A DNA stretch of 64,000 nucleotides from a virus. The notes beneath the pieces are model-generated. The model was not told where the DNA came from, ran no database searches, and worked only from the letters and a program-made list of their open reading frames with translations. The position numbers and the translations under genes are program-made. Where the stretch lies: positions 1 through 64,000 of IMG/VR virus record IMGVR_UViG_3300022700_000069. One strand, 5' to 3'. Of the stretch, positions 10,201-19,590 are shown one piece after another (the first letter of the stretch is position 1; the number at the start of each line of letters is the position of its first letter).

Positions 10201-12011
10201 TAAGGACTATTAATATTGGTAGAAACCAATGTACTATCAGCAGGTGTAAATGGTATCCATTTATAATTACCTTCTGCCGATCTTTCATCTTTTAATGTTG
10301 CTTGTTTATATATTCGATTATATTTAATAAATGAATCTATAAATTCTTGAACTAATGTTAATTCAGGAAATGGTTGATCTAGTCTTGCACTTATATCAAT
10401 TGGTGCTGTTCTTACTTCTTTAGTTTGGTTACATACTTTTTCTTGTTTAATTATCAGTGGAAATGAATATATCTTAGGATTATCATTATTATTTTTTTTA
10501 ATATCTTTATATGTACCATCATTAACTATTAATTTTTTAAAAGAATTTTTATTATGATGTTCTTCAGCATCTTTTGATGTATTTCTTAATTTATTAAAAA
10601 AAGTATCAACATCATTTAAAATTATTTCAAATATATTATATATTGTTGGCAACATACCAAGTCTGTTTTGAATCATATTATTAATTTTTTGATTCAAATC
10701 ATTCATGGTATTTCTTTTCCTTTCTTGTAATAATAACCTATTTTTAAAAATTTTAGTATAAAACCTAGTTATATCAATACCAATATATTTTACAAAATAA
10801 TCTGCATCACTAATAGCACCCGTTTCTGATAAAATTTCTTCAGCATCTTTGATATCACCAATAGAAATGTCACTATTTATCATTATTTTTTTTGTTGATG
10901 TTATTAAATTTTTTTTATAATTATTTAAATTTTTCTTAAGTGTATTATTTCTTTGGTTAATTGTATCAATATTATTATTATTTGTTTCAACAAAATAACC
11001 AATAAATAATTTTTTTTGTATATTATTTGGTATATCAACTGTTTGAAATGTTTCTAAAAATTCATTATATGTTACAAATGATTCAATTCTATTTATATTA
11101 CCTGTTGTTGGACTATCAGGTGCTTCATTTCTAGTAAATAAAATTGGTTCACCACTATTTTTTTTTAAGTTTTCTCTATTTTTATAATCATATAATATTT
11201 CAAAAACATCATTAAATGATTCTAATTTTTTTTGAGCATTTTCATATTTAATGCTATCAATATCGGATTTTAATTTATCGGGAATTTCAGAATATAAATT
11301 TTCTAATTTAAGAATTAAATCAAAAGTGTTTTTAGGTGGTTCATTTTTTTTAGATGATAATGTTGGTTCACTTGGGAACATAAGTGGTGCTTGTATTATA
11401 TATCTATATAATATGTCTGTTAATGGTGCATAAGTGATTGCAATAAATTGTGCTTTTATGTGATAATTACCTGTTTCTGCTTTAAATTCAGTATTATATT
11501 TTACTAAATGCATTTGATATGTAAGTCCTTTACCATAATAACCCTTAAATGATAAATAAAAAATTGGGGGTGGGAAATCAAATAATATTCTATATGGTGA
11601 ATCCTTTCTATTAAAAAATGCAAGTCCACGAATATCAATAAATTCAATATCAATTTGGGGTATATATGATGAATTTACAACAACATCAATACTTTTTATA
11701 CCAAAACCTTCATATGTTTTTTCAGTATCACTTTCTTGATCGTAATAATTTGTTGTAAATTTATTAAAATGTGCTGAATTATTTTGATCTTGATTTTGAC
11801 CAAGAAAACTAATTGTTTCACCTTCTTGTGATGCATCTTTGTTTATTTTAGTAATATCTGTATTAATATTTGTTGAAAGAACTGTTCTTTGCCTTTTATA
11901 TGCAGTTAAATCAACAGATATATACATATCTTGGTATTGGGGGATACCATTTGTTATATTATTATTTATGTTACTATTATTAGGATCAATAAGATTTACA
12001 TTACCTGCCAT
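7284..12011 (-). CDS. Large baseplate hub-like protein (gp27/late control D-like C-terminus)
   Basis: 1575 aa; C-terminal YKATVTGFGNAMIQPTQYFQL..NGAYVILTVEHNITPNKMTTKFSG; late motif at 12029-12036 (-). Confidence 0.55.
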   Translation of the reverse strand: MAGNVNLIDPNNSNINNNITNGIPQYQDMYISVDLTAYKRQRTVLSTNINTDITKINKDASQEGETISFLGQNQDQNNSAHFNKFTTNYYDQESDTEKTYEGFGIKSIDVVVNSSYIPQIDIEFIDIRGLAFFNRKDSPYRILFDFPPPIFYLSFKGYYGKGLTYQMHLVKYNTEFKAETGNYHIKAQFIAITYAPLTDILYRYIIQAPLMFPSEPTLSSKKNEPPKNTFDLILKLENLYSEIPDKLKSDIDSIKYENAQKKLESFNDVFEILYDYKNRENLKKNSGEPILFTRNEAPDSPTTGNINRIESFVTYNEFLETFQTVDIPNNIQKKLFIGYFVETNNNNIDTINQRNNTLKKNLNNYKKNLITSTKKIMINSDISIGDIKDAEEILSETGAISDADYFVKYIGIDITRFYTKIFKNRLLLQERKRNTMNDLNQKINNMIQNRLGMLPTIYNIFEIILNDVDTFFNKLRNTSKDAEEHHNKNSFKKLIVNDGTYKDIKKNNNDNPKIYSFPLIIKQEKVCNQTKEVRTAPIDISARLDQPFPELTLVQEFIDSFIKYNRIYKQATLKDERSAEGNYKWIPFTPADSTLVSTNINSPYYGTDSSTGGDIQQPINLLETNKLTQIFEIFLKRFYILSQNALAYSFYNNGNNIYETDNSSTIEYVKLYAKSEAINLVNSVTNEQYAKLLKEFSLQNNKSSKLNNQLNGFYTYINEYLTDLYSEDSEFYTISNGYDMYRDKEDELYRGFKIINSYDLSERISNDSNDDFDQFIEENETTFWDKLFRGQKETPEENFVFSKENVIFRKDRESEGNDVLKTKFIASPLIYQRNYLTDGANELLLYDLEEIKKEYIFGQYYNPLKIRDGSTSFKYYPLINKLIKYGNKYFKSINLEFTNKITNVDKNSTSILDAWTGVLSTNDNMIYDSIIKYENGNVKNPKLTALIYLSNFGYTLSTFNSYPYNLNVDFFSIPSIVELPYFVQLYMGALVGIEKGDEFYNEIYDFFTSGSGIFIESGGMLIFADIHDINKYLSNEDKDILKQRYETWFNDDFNSLASSVDSLYRRVNGDENSDGLIKEECLDDEEITIGATTTIYDLVGVFYNNITNDTANNIRKCKLEYYEDLLTNDAEFSDILDKLVKRVGFAIFNEITFRYIKNINNKTYTSLNKQNQESIKQKYNNIFFSTFFNEISKKINKRLEYLQEQVETFKKSTGDEDILTQTYYSFKNLNDKWLSGLNKSTNGYPFKNERSKGLISQFAFVDRAMNPIGDTIIDPKALIDAKNSPDTSVFSVLSQLLSLNGFEFFPLQNFLKFTENEWEKSFEINTSGVQKEYPVFVCMYIGGAASYPSNINLFSPFEDDGIVDLENPNTRDFLNSECEPDPDRDQQVDELTNNGEFLNEVRAFRVRYGEQNQNMFFDFGIDSKEYPETNESIQILSRLAGDNKEQAPVPKGQNLYNIYENRAYKATVTGFGNAMIQPTQYFQLENVPLFNGAYVILTVEHNITPNKMTTKFSGTKLLKYPMPRVKNPASIVGFDGGSTTKTNANAASIDEVLLGVGTADNPNQAKYNSMYTFKF

Positions 12012-12138
12012 TGTATATAAAATTTATAATAAATAGTTAATACTAAAAAATATAAAATTAATATATTCTAATTGAATATACAAGACTATTTATATATAAA
12101 AATAATAAAAATACTATTTATAGTAAATAATTATAATT

Positions 12139-12843
12139 ATGGCAAAAATCTTACAAGCAGGTGAATCTGGATTTGGTATTTTAATTGAACAAGATGCTGG
12201 ATATATTAGTCCAGATATGAATAAAAATATTATAGCTGAAAATTTTGAAGTTAAACCAAATGAACCTCTACTAATAAATTGTGTATTACAAAAATGGGGG
12301 GTTGAGAATAAAAATGGGAGAATTTATCCTCAAGAAGTATTAGTGCCCCAAGTAAATGAATATGAAAAACATGTGAATAATAATTCTGCTGGATCAGAGG
12401 CTGATCATCCTGATAGTAGTATTATTTCACTTCACAATTTATCACATATGATTACTAAAATGTGGTGGGGAAAAGGCAACCAAGAACACATATTATTTGG
12501 TCAATTAAAATTATTAGTAACAAGAGGTTATATAAAATATGGTATTTGTTCAGTAATTGGTGATAAAATACTGCTTTATTTAGAAAATGGATATAAATTA
12601 GGTATTTCATCACGTGGTGTTGGTAGCTTAGAAGAAGTTAACGGACAAAATATTGTACAATCTGATTTTGAATTAATAGGTTTTGATCTTGTTGCAACAC
12701 CAAGTACTCCCGGTGCATATTTATTTCCGGGTGTTAAAAATGTTGAACAAGCAATTGGTGAAAATTATATAAAAAAGGACGGTATTTATCTAAAAGAAGA
12801 GAGTAGTAAGATTATCAATACATTAGATAAATTTTTAATATAA
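12139..12843 (+). CDS. gp21: Prohead protease (T4 gp21-like)
   Basis: NKNGRIYP, EADHP, GISSRGVGSL, FDLVATPSTPGA motifs; upstream of scaffold and capsid. Confidence 0.93.
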   Translation: MAKILQAGESGFGILIEQDAGYISPDMNKNIIAENFEVKPNEPLLINCVLQKWGVENKNGRIYPQEVLVPQVNEYEKHVNNNSAGSEADHPDSSIISLHNLSHMITKMWWGKGNQEHILFGQLKLLVTRGYIKYGICSVIGDKILLYLENGYKLGISSRGVGSLEEVNGQNIVQSDFELIGFDLVATPSTPGAYLFPGVKNVEQAIGENYIKKDGIYLKEESSKIINTLDKFLI

Positions 12844-12963
12844 AAAAACCTAAAATTTAATAAAAAATAATATAAAAATCAAGAAAATCATAATAGATTT
12901 TAATTAAAATGTTACTTTTTCTTAATAATAATGTATTTATAATAAAGTTAAATTATTTAAACT

Positions 12964-14640
12964 ATGGCAAAAGAGGAAAAAAAATCGATAATTGAAAATG
13001 CTTTAGCCGATTATAAACAAATTCAAGAAGCTGCAGAAAATAATGCTGCTAAAAAATTAGCTAAAGAATTTCCTGAAAAATTTAATGATTTATTAAAAGA
13101 AGAAATAAATAATAAAAATAATAATAATTCAGAAAAAGAGCCATATAAAAAGGTAGAAAATAAAGAATCTAATAATTTAGATGAATCTGAAGATAAAAAC
13201 ACAGAATCAAAAATGAAAAAAGAAAAGAAAAAAGAAACCAAAAAGGTTACTAATGAAGAGCGTGAAAAAAGTTTTATGGCTGATGTTGAAAAAGATACAC
13301 CTAACATGGAAAAAGAAAAAAATGGTGATGGTGTAGCATTTAAAGAAAAAACATCTGGTGATACTGTTGCAAATAAAACTAACGCAAAAAAAGCAGTAAA
13401 AAAAGATAATGAAAATATCAATGAAGAATTTGATATTACTGATCTTGATACTGATAATACTGAAAATGCAATTGATAATGCTGATTCAAATGATGAAATT
13501 GTAACAATGGAAGAAATTGAAAATGAAATTTCTGAAATGGAACAATTAAAAGACAATCTTGAAGATAATGATAATCCAATTGCATCAATGAAAGATAAAC
13601 TTCAAGAAATGTTGAATAGTATTGAACAGATGGAAGAACAAAAACAACAAGGTGGTAAACAAAACTACAAAGGTAGAGAAAATGGTGGTCCAACTGGTAA
13701 AATGATTGATGAATCTAATATGGAGATGTTAAAAAAACAATTAATTGATTTTTATAATCAAGTTAAAAGTGGTGCTGAAGTTCCCAAGAATACTATAATT
13801 AGTCCAGAATTGGTACATAATTCAGAATCATTAAATGATTTTTTAGCAAAATTAGGTGTTTCTCCATCAGAAGAAGATGAAATGTCTGAACAAAAACAAC
13901 AAGGTGGAAAACAAAACTACAAGGGTAGAGAAAATGGTGGTCCAACCACAAAAATGATTGATGAAGAAGAACCTATCACTGATGATGACATTGAAAATGT
14001 ATTAAATGATGATAGTGAAGTTGATGAAGCTATGGGTATTGCACATAGTTCAAGTAAACATGTTGCTGGTGATCATTTACCCGGTGAAGATTCTGCTAAA
14101 CATCGTCATAAAAGATATGGTAGTTTTAATAATCCAACTAATGAATCTGTTAATAAAAAATATTCATCATTACTTAAAGAAAATAAGCAGTTATCTAAGA
14201 AGATTAATGAATCTAAAAAATATAAAGAAACTGTAGATAAGTTACTTGAAAATTATAAAACTGCACTTGAAAAATATCGAACTCAATTAAAAGAAATGGC
14301 TGTGTTTAATACTAATTTAGCACATGTTAACAATATTTTAGTCAATGAATCACTTGCTTTAACTCAAGAAGATAAAATTAATGTTATTAACGATTTTAAA
14401 AAAGTTAATACAATTGGTGAATCTAAAAAGAAATATGATAAAATTCTTTCTGAAATGAAAAAAGAAAAGAAAACAATTTCTGAAAATATTGAAGATAAAG
14501 TAAGTAAAACTGTTGGTAAATCTTCAAAAGAAAAACTTGTTGAAGAAAAAACAGCATATGAAAATGATGAACATATTGGCAAAATGAAAAAAATGATTGA
14601 GCAACTCGAAAAAAATGATAAGAAAAAAATAATAAAATAA
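12964..14640 (+). CDS. Prohead scaffolding/core protein (gp22-like)
   Basis: Acidic, coiled-coil, many (I/L)xE sites; sits between protease and major capsid gene. Confidence 0.75.
   Translation: MAKEEKKSIIENALADYKQIQEAAENNAAKKLAKEFPEKFNDLLKEEINNKNNNNSEKEPYKKVENKESNNLDESEDKNTESKMKKEKKKETKKVTNEEREKSFMADVEKDTPNMEKEKNGDGVAFKEKTSGDTVANKTNAKKAVKKDNENINEEFDITDLDTDNTENAIDNADSNDEIVTMEEIENEISEMEQLKDNLEDNDNPIASMKDKLQEMLNSIEQMEEQKQQGGKQNYKGRENGGPTGKMIDESNMEMLKKQLIDFYNQVKSGAEVPKNTIISPELVHNSESLNDFLAKLGVSPSEEDEMSEQKQQGGKQNYKGRENGGPTTKMIDEEEPITDDDIENVLNDDSEVDEAMGIAHSSSKHVAGDHLPGEDSAKHRHKRYGSFNNPTNESVNKKYSSLLKENKQLSKKINESKKYKETVDKLLENYKTALEKYRTQLKEMAVFNTNLAHVNNILVNESLALTQEDKINVINDFKKVNTIGESKKKYDKILSEMKKEKKTISENIEDKVSKTVGKSSKEKLVEEKTAYENDEHIGKMKKMIEQLEKNDKKKIIK
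13636..13965 (+). repeat. 78-bp in-frame direct repeat (13636-13713 and 13888-13965) in the scaffold gene
   Basis: Both copies encode EQKQQGGKQNYKGRENGGPT(G/T)KMIDE. Confidence 0.95.
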
Positions 14641-14657
14641 AAAAAAAAACAAATAAA

Positions 14658-16322
14658 ATGGGATTTTTAACAGAAAGTGCTGAAGTTGGTAATATTGGTT
14701 TAAAACAACTTCGTGAACAAAGAGAAATTACTTCAAATCGTTGGGAAAAAATCGGTTTATTAGAAGGTCTTGACGGAAACGTTAAAGAAAACGTAGCACA
14801 ATTGATGGAAAATCAGCTTTCATATATGATTAATGAAGCGACTGATTCTGCATCAAGTGGTCAATTCGAAACCGTTGCATTCCCTGTGATTCGAAGAGTA
14901 TTTGCTAAATTATTAGCAAACGATATTGTGTCTGTACAGGCATTGAACCTACCTATAGGTAAATTATATTACATTAATCCAAAAGCTAGTGAAAGAGTTG
15001 ATACTACTGTTGGAGAACATACTTCTCCTGACGGTGCTTATTCAAACTCTGCAACAAAAGCACCATCTGCTAGAACGCAATTTGAAGATCGTTCATTATA
15101 TGATGCATTTTATGCTTCAGAATATGATCAAGAAGGAACTTCATTATTTGATCGTTCAAGAGGTTCTGTTGAAGTTGTAACTGGTGTTACTAATCAACCA
15201 GTATCATATTCTAGTGGTGATAAACAATTGAGAATTCAAATTACTGGATTTTCAATAACTAATGAAGGTCAATTAATCGGTCCTGCTGGTGTTCCAATGG
15301 ATACTGAAACATTCCTTTCATCATTAAATATCACTTCAAATGTTAATTTTGACGCACCTAGTGATTATAATAGTGAATCTAAAGCTGCTGGTTCTGCTCT
15401 TCCATTTAATGTAAGAGTACAAAAATATGGTCAAGCAATTGTTGATAAAGACGGTGTTCTTGAACTATATGTTGATCTTACTTATGCTGGACAAGATGGT
15501 TATCAACCATTATCTGCAGCATCAACACCTGATTTTAATTACTCATATAGAGTATATAGCGATCTTGAGGAAGATTCAAGAATGGCTGAAGTTACTTTCC
15601 AATTAGATGAAGTAACAGTTTCAGTTGAGACACGTAAAATGAGAGCACAATGGACTCCTGAATTAGCACAAGATGTTAGTGCATTCCACAACATTGATGC
15701 TGAAGCAGAATTAACTGCTCTTCTTTCAGAACAAATGGCTGCTGAAATTGATCGTGAAATTCTTCGTGATCTTCGTAGAGGTGCTGCATGGACTGTTCGT
15801 TGGGATTATAATGGTCTTCGTAAACAAAGCAACGCTTATTATGGTACACAAAAAGACTGGAATCAAACATTAATTACTAAGATTAATCAGATTTCTGCTC
15901 AAATCCATAAATCTACTCTTCGTGGTGGTGCTTCATGGGTAGTTGTATCTCCTGAAGTAAGTGCTGTATTTGATGATCTTGAATATTTCCACGTATCAAC
16001 TGCTGCTCCAGAACAAGATAAATATAATATGGGTATTGAAAAAATTGGTTCACTTTCAGGTCGTTATCAAGTATATCGTGACCCATATGCACCTGCAAAT
16101 ACTGTATTAATAGGTCATAAGGGAACTAGTATCTTAGAAACCGGTTATATATATGCGCCCTACGTGCCCATGCAATTAACTCCAGTAATGTATAATCCAT
16201 TTGATTTCACACCGATTCGTGGTATCATGACTCGTTATGCTAAGAAAATGGTATTGAATCGTTACTATGGTAGAATTTACTGTGATGGTTTACAAACATT
16301 TGGAATTGGAGAATTAAGATAA
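14658..16322 (+). CDS. gp23: Major capsid protein (T4 gp23-like)
   Basis: VIRRVFAKLLANDIVSVQAL, TRKMRAQWTPELAQDVSAFHNIDAEAELTALLSEQMAAEIDREI, YAPYVPMQ, FTPIRGIMTRY. Confidence 0.97.
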   Translation: MGFLTESAEVGNIGLKQLREQREITSNRWEKIGLLEGLDGNVKENVAQLMENQLSYMINEATDSASSGQFETVAFPVIRRVFAKLLANDIVSVQALNLPIGKLYYINPKASERVDTTVGEHTSPDGAYSNSATKAPSARTQFEDRSLYDAFYASEYDQEGTSLFDRSRGSVEVVTGVTNQPVSYSSGDKQLRIQITGFSITNEGQLIGPAGVPMDTETFLSSLNITSNVNFDAPSDYNSESKAAGSALPFNVRVQKYGQAIVDKDGVLELYVDLTYAGQDGYQPLSAASTPDFNYSYRVYSDLEEDSRMAEVTFQLDEVTVSVETRKMRAQWTPELAQDVSAFHNIDAEAELTALLSEQMAAEIDREILRDLRRGAAWTVRWDYNGLRKQSNAYYGTQKDWNQTLITKINQISAQIHKSTLRGGASWVVVSPEVSAVFDDLEYFHVSTAAPEQDKYNMGIEKIGSLSGRYQVYRDPYAPANTVLIGHKGTSILETGYIYAPYVPMQLTPVMYNPFDFTPIRGIMTRYAKKMVLNRYYGRIYCDGLQTFGIGELR

Positions 16323-16341
16323 TATTTTTCAAAAATTATTT

Positions 16342-16373
16342 AAAAAGAGTTGGAATTATCCAACTCTTTTTTT
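16342..16373 (+). terminator. Intrinsic terminator after the major capsid gene
   Basis: aaaaagagttgga-atta-tccaactcttttt hairpin with T tract. Confidence 0.9.
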
Positions 16374-16380
16374 ATATTTG
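16373..16380 (+). promoter_or_regulatory. Bacteroidota sigma70-type -7 element TATATTTG (TTG about 20 nt upstream)
   Basis: Matches TAnnTTTG, 28 nt before ORF 16409. Confidence 0.6.
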
Positions 16381-16408
16381 TTGTGCATATTAAAATATAA
16401 CCCATAAC

Positions 16409-16771
16409 ATGAAAAAATTAATTAATGATATTTTAAATTCTTTAGATAATTCGTTATTAAAAAAGGAATTTATTAGTAATAGTTCACAAAATTCATATAG
16501 CAATCACTGTTATATTGCTACTGAAGCATTATATCATTTATTAGATGAAAACACTAGAAAATTATATACACCATCAATATTAAAAGTTAATAATATTACA
16601 CATTGGTTTTTAAAAAATAAAAAAGATGGTAGTATCATTGATATAACAAAAGAACAATTTAACTTTGATTTAGATTATAGTAAATCTCAAAATAAATTCT
16701 TTTTAACACCATATCCATCGAAAAGAGCATTAATTTTAATTAATAGAGTATATGAAAAAAATTGTTGTTAA
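16409..16771 (+). CDS. Small protein with a Cys-His-Asp pattern (papain-like/YunG-like fold suspected)
   Basis: NHCYIATEALYHLL...THWFL...IIDITKEQF...FLTPYPSKRA; overlaps the next gene by 20 nt. Confidence 0.45.
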   Translation: MKKLINDILNSLDNSLLKKEFISNSSQNSYSNHCYIATEALYHLLDENTRKLYTPSILKVNNITHWFLKNKKDGSIIDITKEQFNFDLDYSKSQNKFFLTPYPSKRALILINRVYEKNCC

Positions 16772-18254
16772 TAAAACACTAATACTTTTTTTAAATATCA
16801 ATGATATGATATCATTGGATAAAGGTAATTTAAAAAAAATAAAAGATGAATATTTAAAAATATACGATAATTGTATTATATATAATTATTATAACATATT
16901 AAATCATAAGCAATTAATTAAAGATAAAATAAACAAATTAAAATTTAAAAATCAAAAAAGAATAAATGCAAGAGATTGTATTATAAAAATAATTGAATCA
17001 AAAGAAAAAAATTCGTTCTTAAATGTAAATCACATACAAGGAACTGATAAATCTCAAATTTACTATGGTGCATATCATAACAATGAATTAGTTTCAGTCA
17101 TGACATTTGATAACACTAAAGGTATTAACGGAGGAATGAAGAAGAACGAATATGAATTATCAAGATTTTCAATAAAAATTGGACTTATTATTGTTGGAAT
17201 ATTCAATAAAATACTAAAAAAATTCATAACTAATTATAAACCTAATAGAATAACATCATTTGCAGATTTAAATGTTGTTAATAAATATAATAACATTTAT
17301 TTAAATAATAATTTTAAAGTATCTAAAAATTTATCACTAGATTTTAAATATTTTTTTATTAATGGTGATAATTTATATCATAAATTAACCTATGGTAATA
17401 AGTTTAGAAAAAATCCTAAAATTAATGAAGATAAAAAAAATGAAATTATTGAAAATCTACATAAGTTTTGGGATTGTGGTAAAATTAAATATGAACTTCT
17501 TTTAAATAAAAACGGTACACCTATTTATGGTTTTATTTACATGATAAAAAATAAGATAAATAGTAAAATTTATATTGGACAAACATATAGAAACATTAAT
17601 AAAAGAATATATGAATATAAAGCTGCATGTAAATACAACAAATTCAATAATAAATATTTAGGCAATGCATTCAACAAATATGGGTGGGATAATTTTGAAT
17701 TTTCAATAATTGATACCGCAACATCAATCAATGGATTAAATGATAAAGAAATTTATTACATAAAAAAATATAATTCACACAATAAAAAATATGGTTATAA
17801 TTTACATTTAGGTGGTAGAAATGCAATTCCAAATAGTGAAACACTAAACAAAATGTCAAAAGCACATTTAGGTAAAAAGCAAACTCAAGAATGGGTTAAT
17901 AAAAGAATTGCAAAAGCTGGAACCGAAGATGCAAAAAAATATGGGAAGAAAAAAACTAAAGATGAGAGAGAAGAATTGAGTAAAAAGTCACCTAAATATT
18001 GGTCAGGTAAAAAAAGAAGTGATGAGACTAAAGAAAAAATAAGCAAAACAAAAAAAGAAAAAGGATTATCAGAACAACAAAAAAAGGCAATTTGTAAGAA
18101 AGTTTATAAAAAAAACATTACAACAAATAAAATTGAGGTTTTCAATTCAACTAAACATGCATCAACTAACGAAAATGTTAATCAATCCACAGTTTCAAGA
18201 TGGTGTAAAAATAATAAGATCGTTAATAATTTTCAATGGTTCTATAATAAATAA
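16752..18254 (+). CDS. GNAT/Mom-like domain fused to a GIY-YIG endonuclease with NUMOD3/NUMOD1-type DNA-binding motifs
   Basis: ARDC..FLNVNHIQG..ELVSVMTF..YELSRF..SFAD..WDCGKIKY, then FIYMIKNKINSKIYIGQT, SETLNKMSKAHLGKK, and a C-terminal HTH. Confidence 0.8.
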   Translation: MKKIVVNKTLILFLNINDMISLDKGNLKKIKDEYLKIYDNCIIYNYYNILNHKQLIKDKINKLKFKNQKRINARDCIIKIIESKEKNSFLNVNHIQGTDKSQIYYGAYHNNELVSVMTFDNTKGINGGMKKNEYELSRFSIKIGLIIVGIFNKILKKFITNYKPNRITSFADLNVVNKYNNIYLNNNFKVSKNLSLDFKYFFINGDNLYHKLTYGNKFRKNPKINEDKKNEIIENLHKFWDCGKIKYELLLNKNGTPIYGFIYMIKNKINSKIYIGQTYRNINKRIYEYKAACKYNKFNNKYLGNAFNKYGWDNFEFSIIDTATSINGLNDKEIYYIKKYNSHNKKYGYNLHLGGRNAIPNSETLNKMSKAHLGKKQTQEWVNKRIAKAGTEDAKKYGKKKTKDEREELSKKSPKYWSGKKRSDETKEKISKTKKEKGLSEQQKKAICKKVYKKNITTNKIEVFNSTKHASTNENVNQSTVSRWCKNNKIVNNFQWFYNK

Positions 18255-18337
18255 TAATAAAAAATTTTCAATATTTTTAAAATAATTTCCATTCTTATTA
18301 TCTAAAATAAGTATTTATTAATGTAATTTAATATACC

Positions 18338-18847
18338 ATGAAAAAAATTATATTGATGATATTATTCATCATTTCATTCATCTTTGTTTTTTCACAAAAT
18401 GGTGATATTCACGGTTTTATATTTAAAGACTTTGGTGAATGGTCAATAGATGTTGACAATAATAAAATTTCTGTATCAGCTTTTATTACTATTGAACAAA
18501 AAACAAAAAAATTAACATTTAATGAAATTGAATTAAAAAAACATTTTATAAAAAAAAGAAAATATGATACAATTAATAATTATAATATTATCTATATATA
18601 TAGATTATATTTAAAAAGTAATTCAATTTATAATGGTGAAAAAACAAATACTTGGATATATGGTGGTAGAGTTTATATTAATGGCATTGAAATAACAAAA
18701 GAAAAATTTCCAGAAGGTTTCTTAATTGCTGTTAAAACAACACCAACATTAATATATAAATATGAAACAAAATCAACAAAAAAAATAAATTTTTATATAA
18801 AATGGGATAAAGCCATTTATGAAAATAGAGAAATTAATAAAAATTGA
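18338..18847 (+). CDS. Secreted/periplasmic hypothetical protein
   Basis: Signal peptide MKKIILMILFIISFIFVFSQ; late motif at 18311. Confidence 0.6.
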   Translation: MKKIILMILFIISFIFVFSQNGDIHGFIFKDFGEWSIDVDNNKISVSAFITIEQKTKKLTFNEIELKKHFIKKRKYDTINNYNIIYIYRLYLKSNSIYNGEKTNTWIYGGRVYINGIEITKEKFPEGFLIAVKTTPTLIYKYETKSTKKINFYIKWDKAIYENREINKN

Positions 18848-18856
18848 ATATAAATT

Positions 18857-19261
18857 ATGTCAAATAACATTAATCAAAAAAATAATAAAATACTTGGCGG
18901 AAATACAATAATACAATTCACATTAAGGGGTTTTATAACAACTATATTTACGATTTTAGGTATATTTTTTGGTTTTTATAAATTAGTTATTCAACCAAGT
19001 ATAAATCAAACAGCAAAACATCAAAAAGAATTATATATTGAACAAAAAGAATATATTAATAATGAATTTGAAGAAGTAAAAAATGCAATTCAATTAAATA
19101 CTCAAGCAATAAATGCAGTTAATAATAGATTTAGGGATTTAAATGAATCTGTTAGAAAAATTGAAAATAGTAATGGTTCTTTTGGTTCTTTGACAGAACC
19201 TGAACAGTCATCAATAGATAATAATAATAATGATGATGACTTAGCTGATAAAAATAGTTAA
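18857..19261 (+). CDS. Single-TM coiled-coil protein (possible lysis accessory)
   Basis: GFITTIFTILGIFFGFYKLVI hydrophobic segment followed by heptad-like region. Confidence 0.45.
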   Translation: MSNNINQKNNKILGGNTIIQFTLRGFITTIFTILGIFFGFYKLVIQPSINQTAKHQKELYIEQKEYINNEFEEVKNAIQLNTQAINAVNNRFRDLNESVRKIENSNGSFGSLTEPEQSSIDNNNNDDDLADKNS

Positions 19262-19265
19262 AATA

Positions 19266-19580
19266 TTAATTATTATTTATTTCAATTTCTGTAACTTCAT
19301 GCATAAATGCTTTAATTATATCAAGTAATTCAATTTTTCGTATCATTGTATCATATAAATCTTTTGTTATTTTTTCAAAATTAATGTTATCAGTTTTTTC
19401 ATTCATTTTATAATACATTGTAGTTAATAATCTCCAATTATTTAAATTATTAATTTTAAATTTACAATGACCTTCAAATATTAATTTTTCATTAATAAGA
19501 TCAAATTTAACAACAATTTTCTTATTATTTTCATTATCTTTAATTTTAATATTTGCTATTTCAGCTATTGTATTTTCCAT
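19266..19580 (-). CDS. Hypothetical protein
   Basis: 104-aa ORF tightly packed downstream of the helicase. Confidence 0.6.
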   Translation of the reverse strand: MENTIAEIANIKIKDNENNKKIVVKFDLINEKLIFEGHCKFKINNLNNWRLLTTMYYKMNEKTDNINFEKITKDLYDTMIRKIELLDIIKAFMHEVTEIEINNN

Positions 19581-19590
19581 ATTTTAAATA

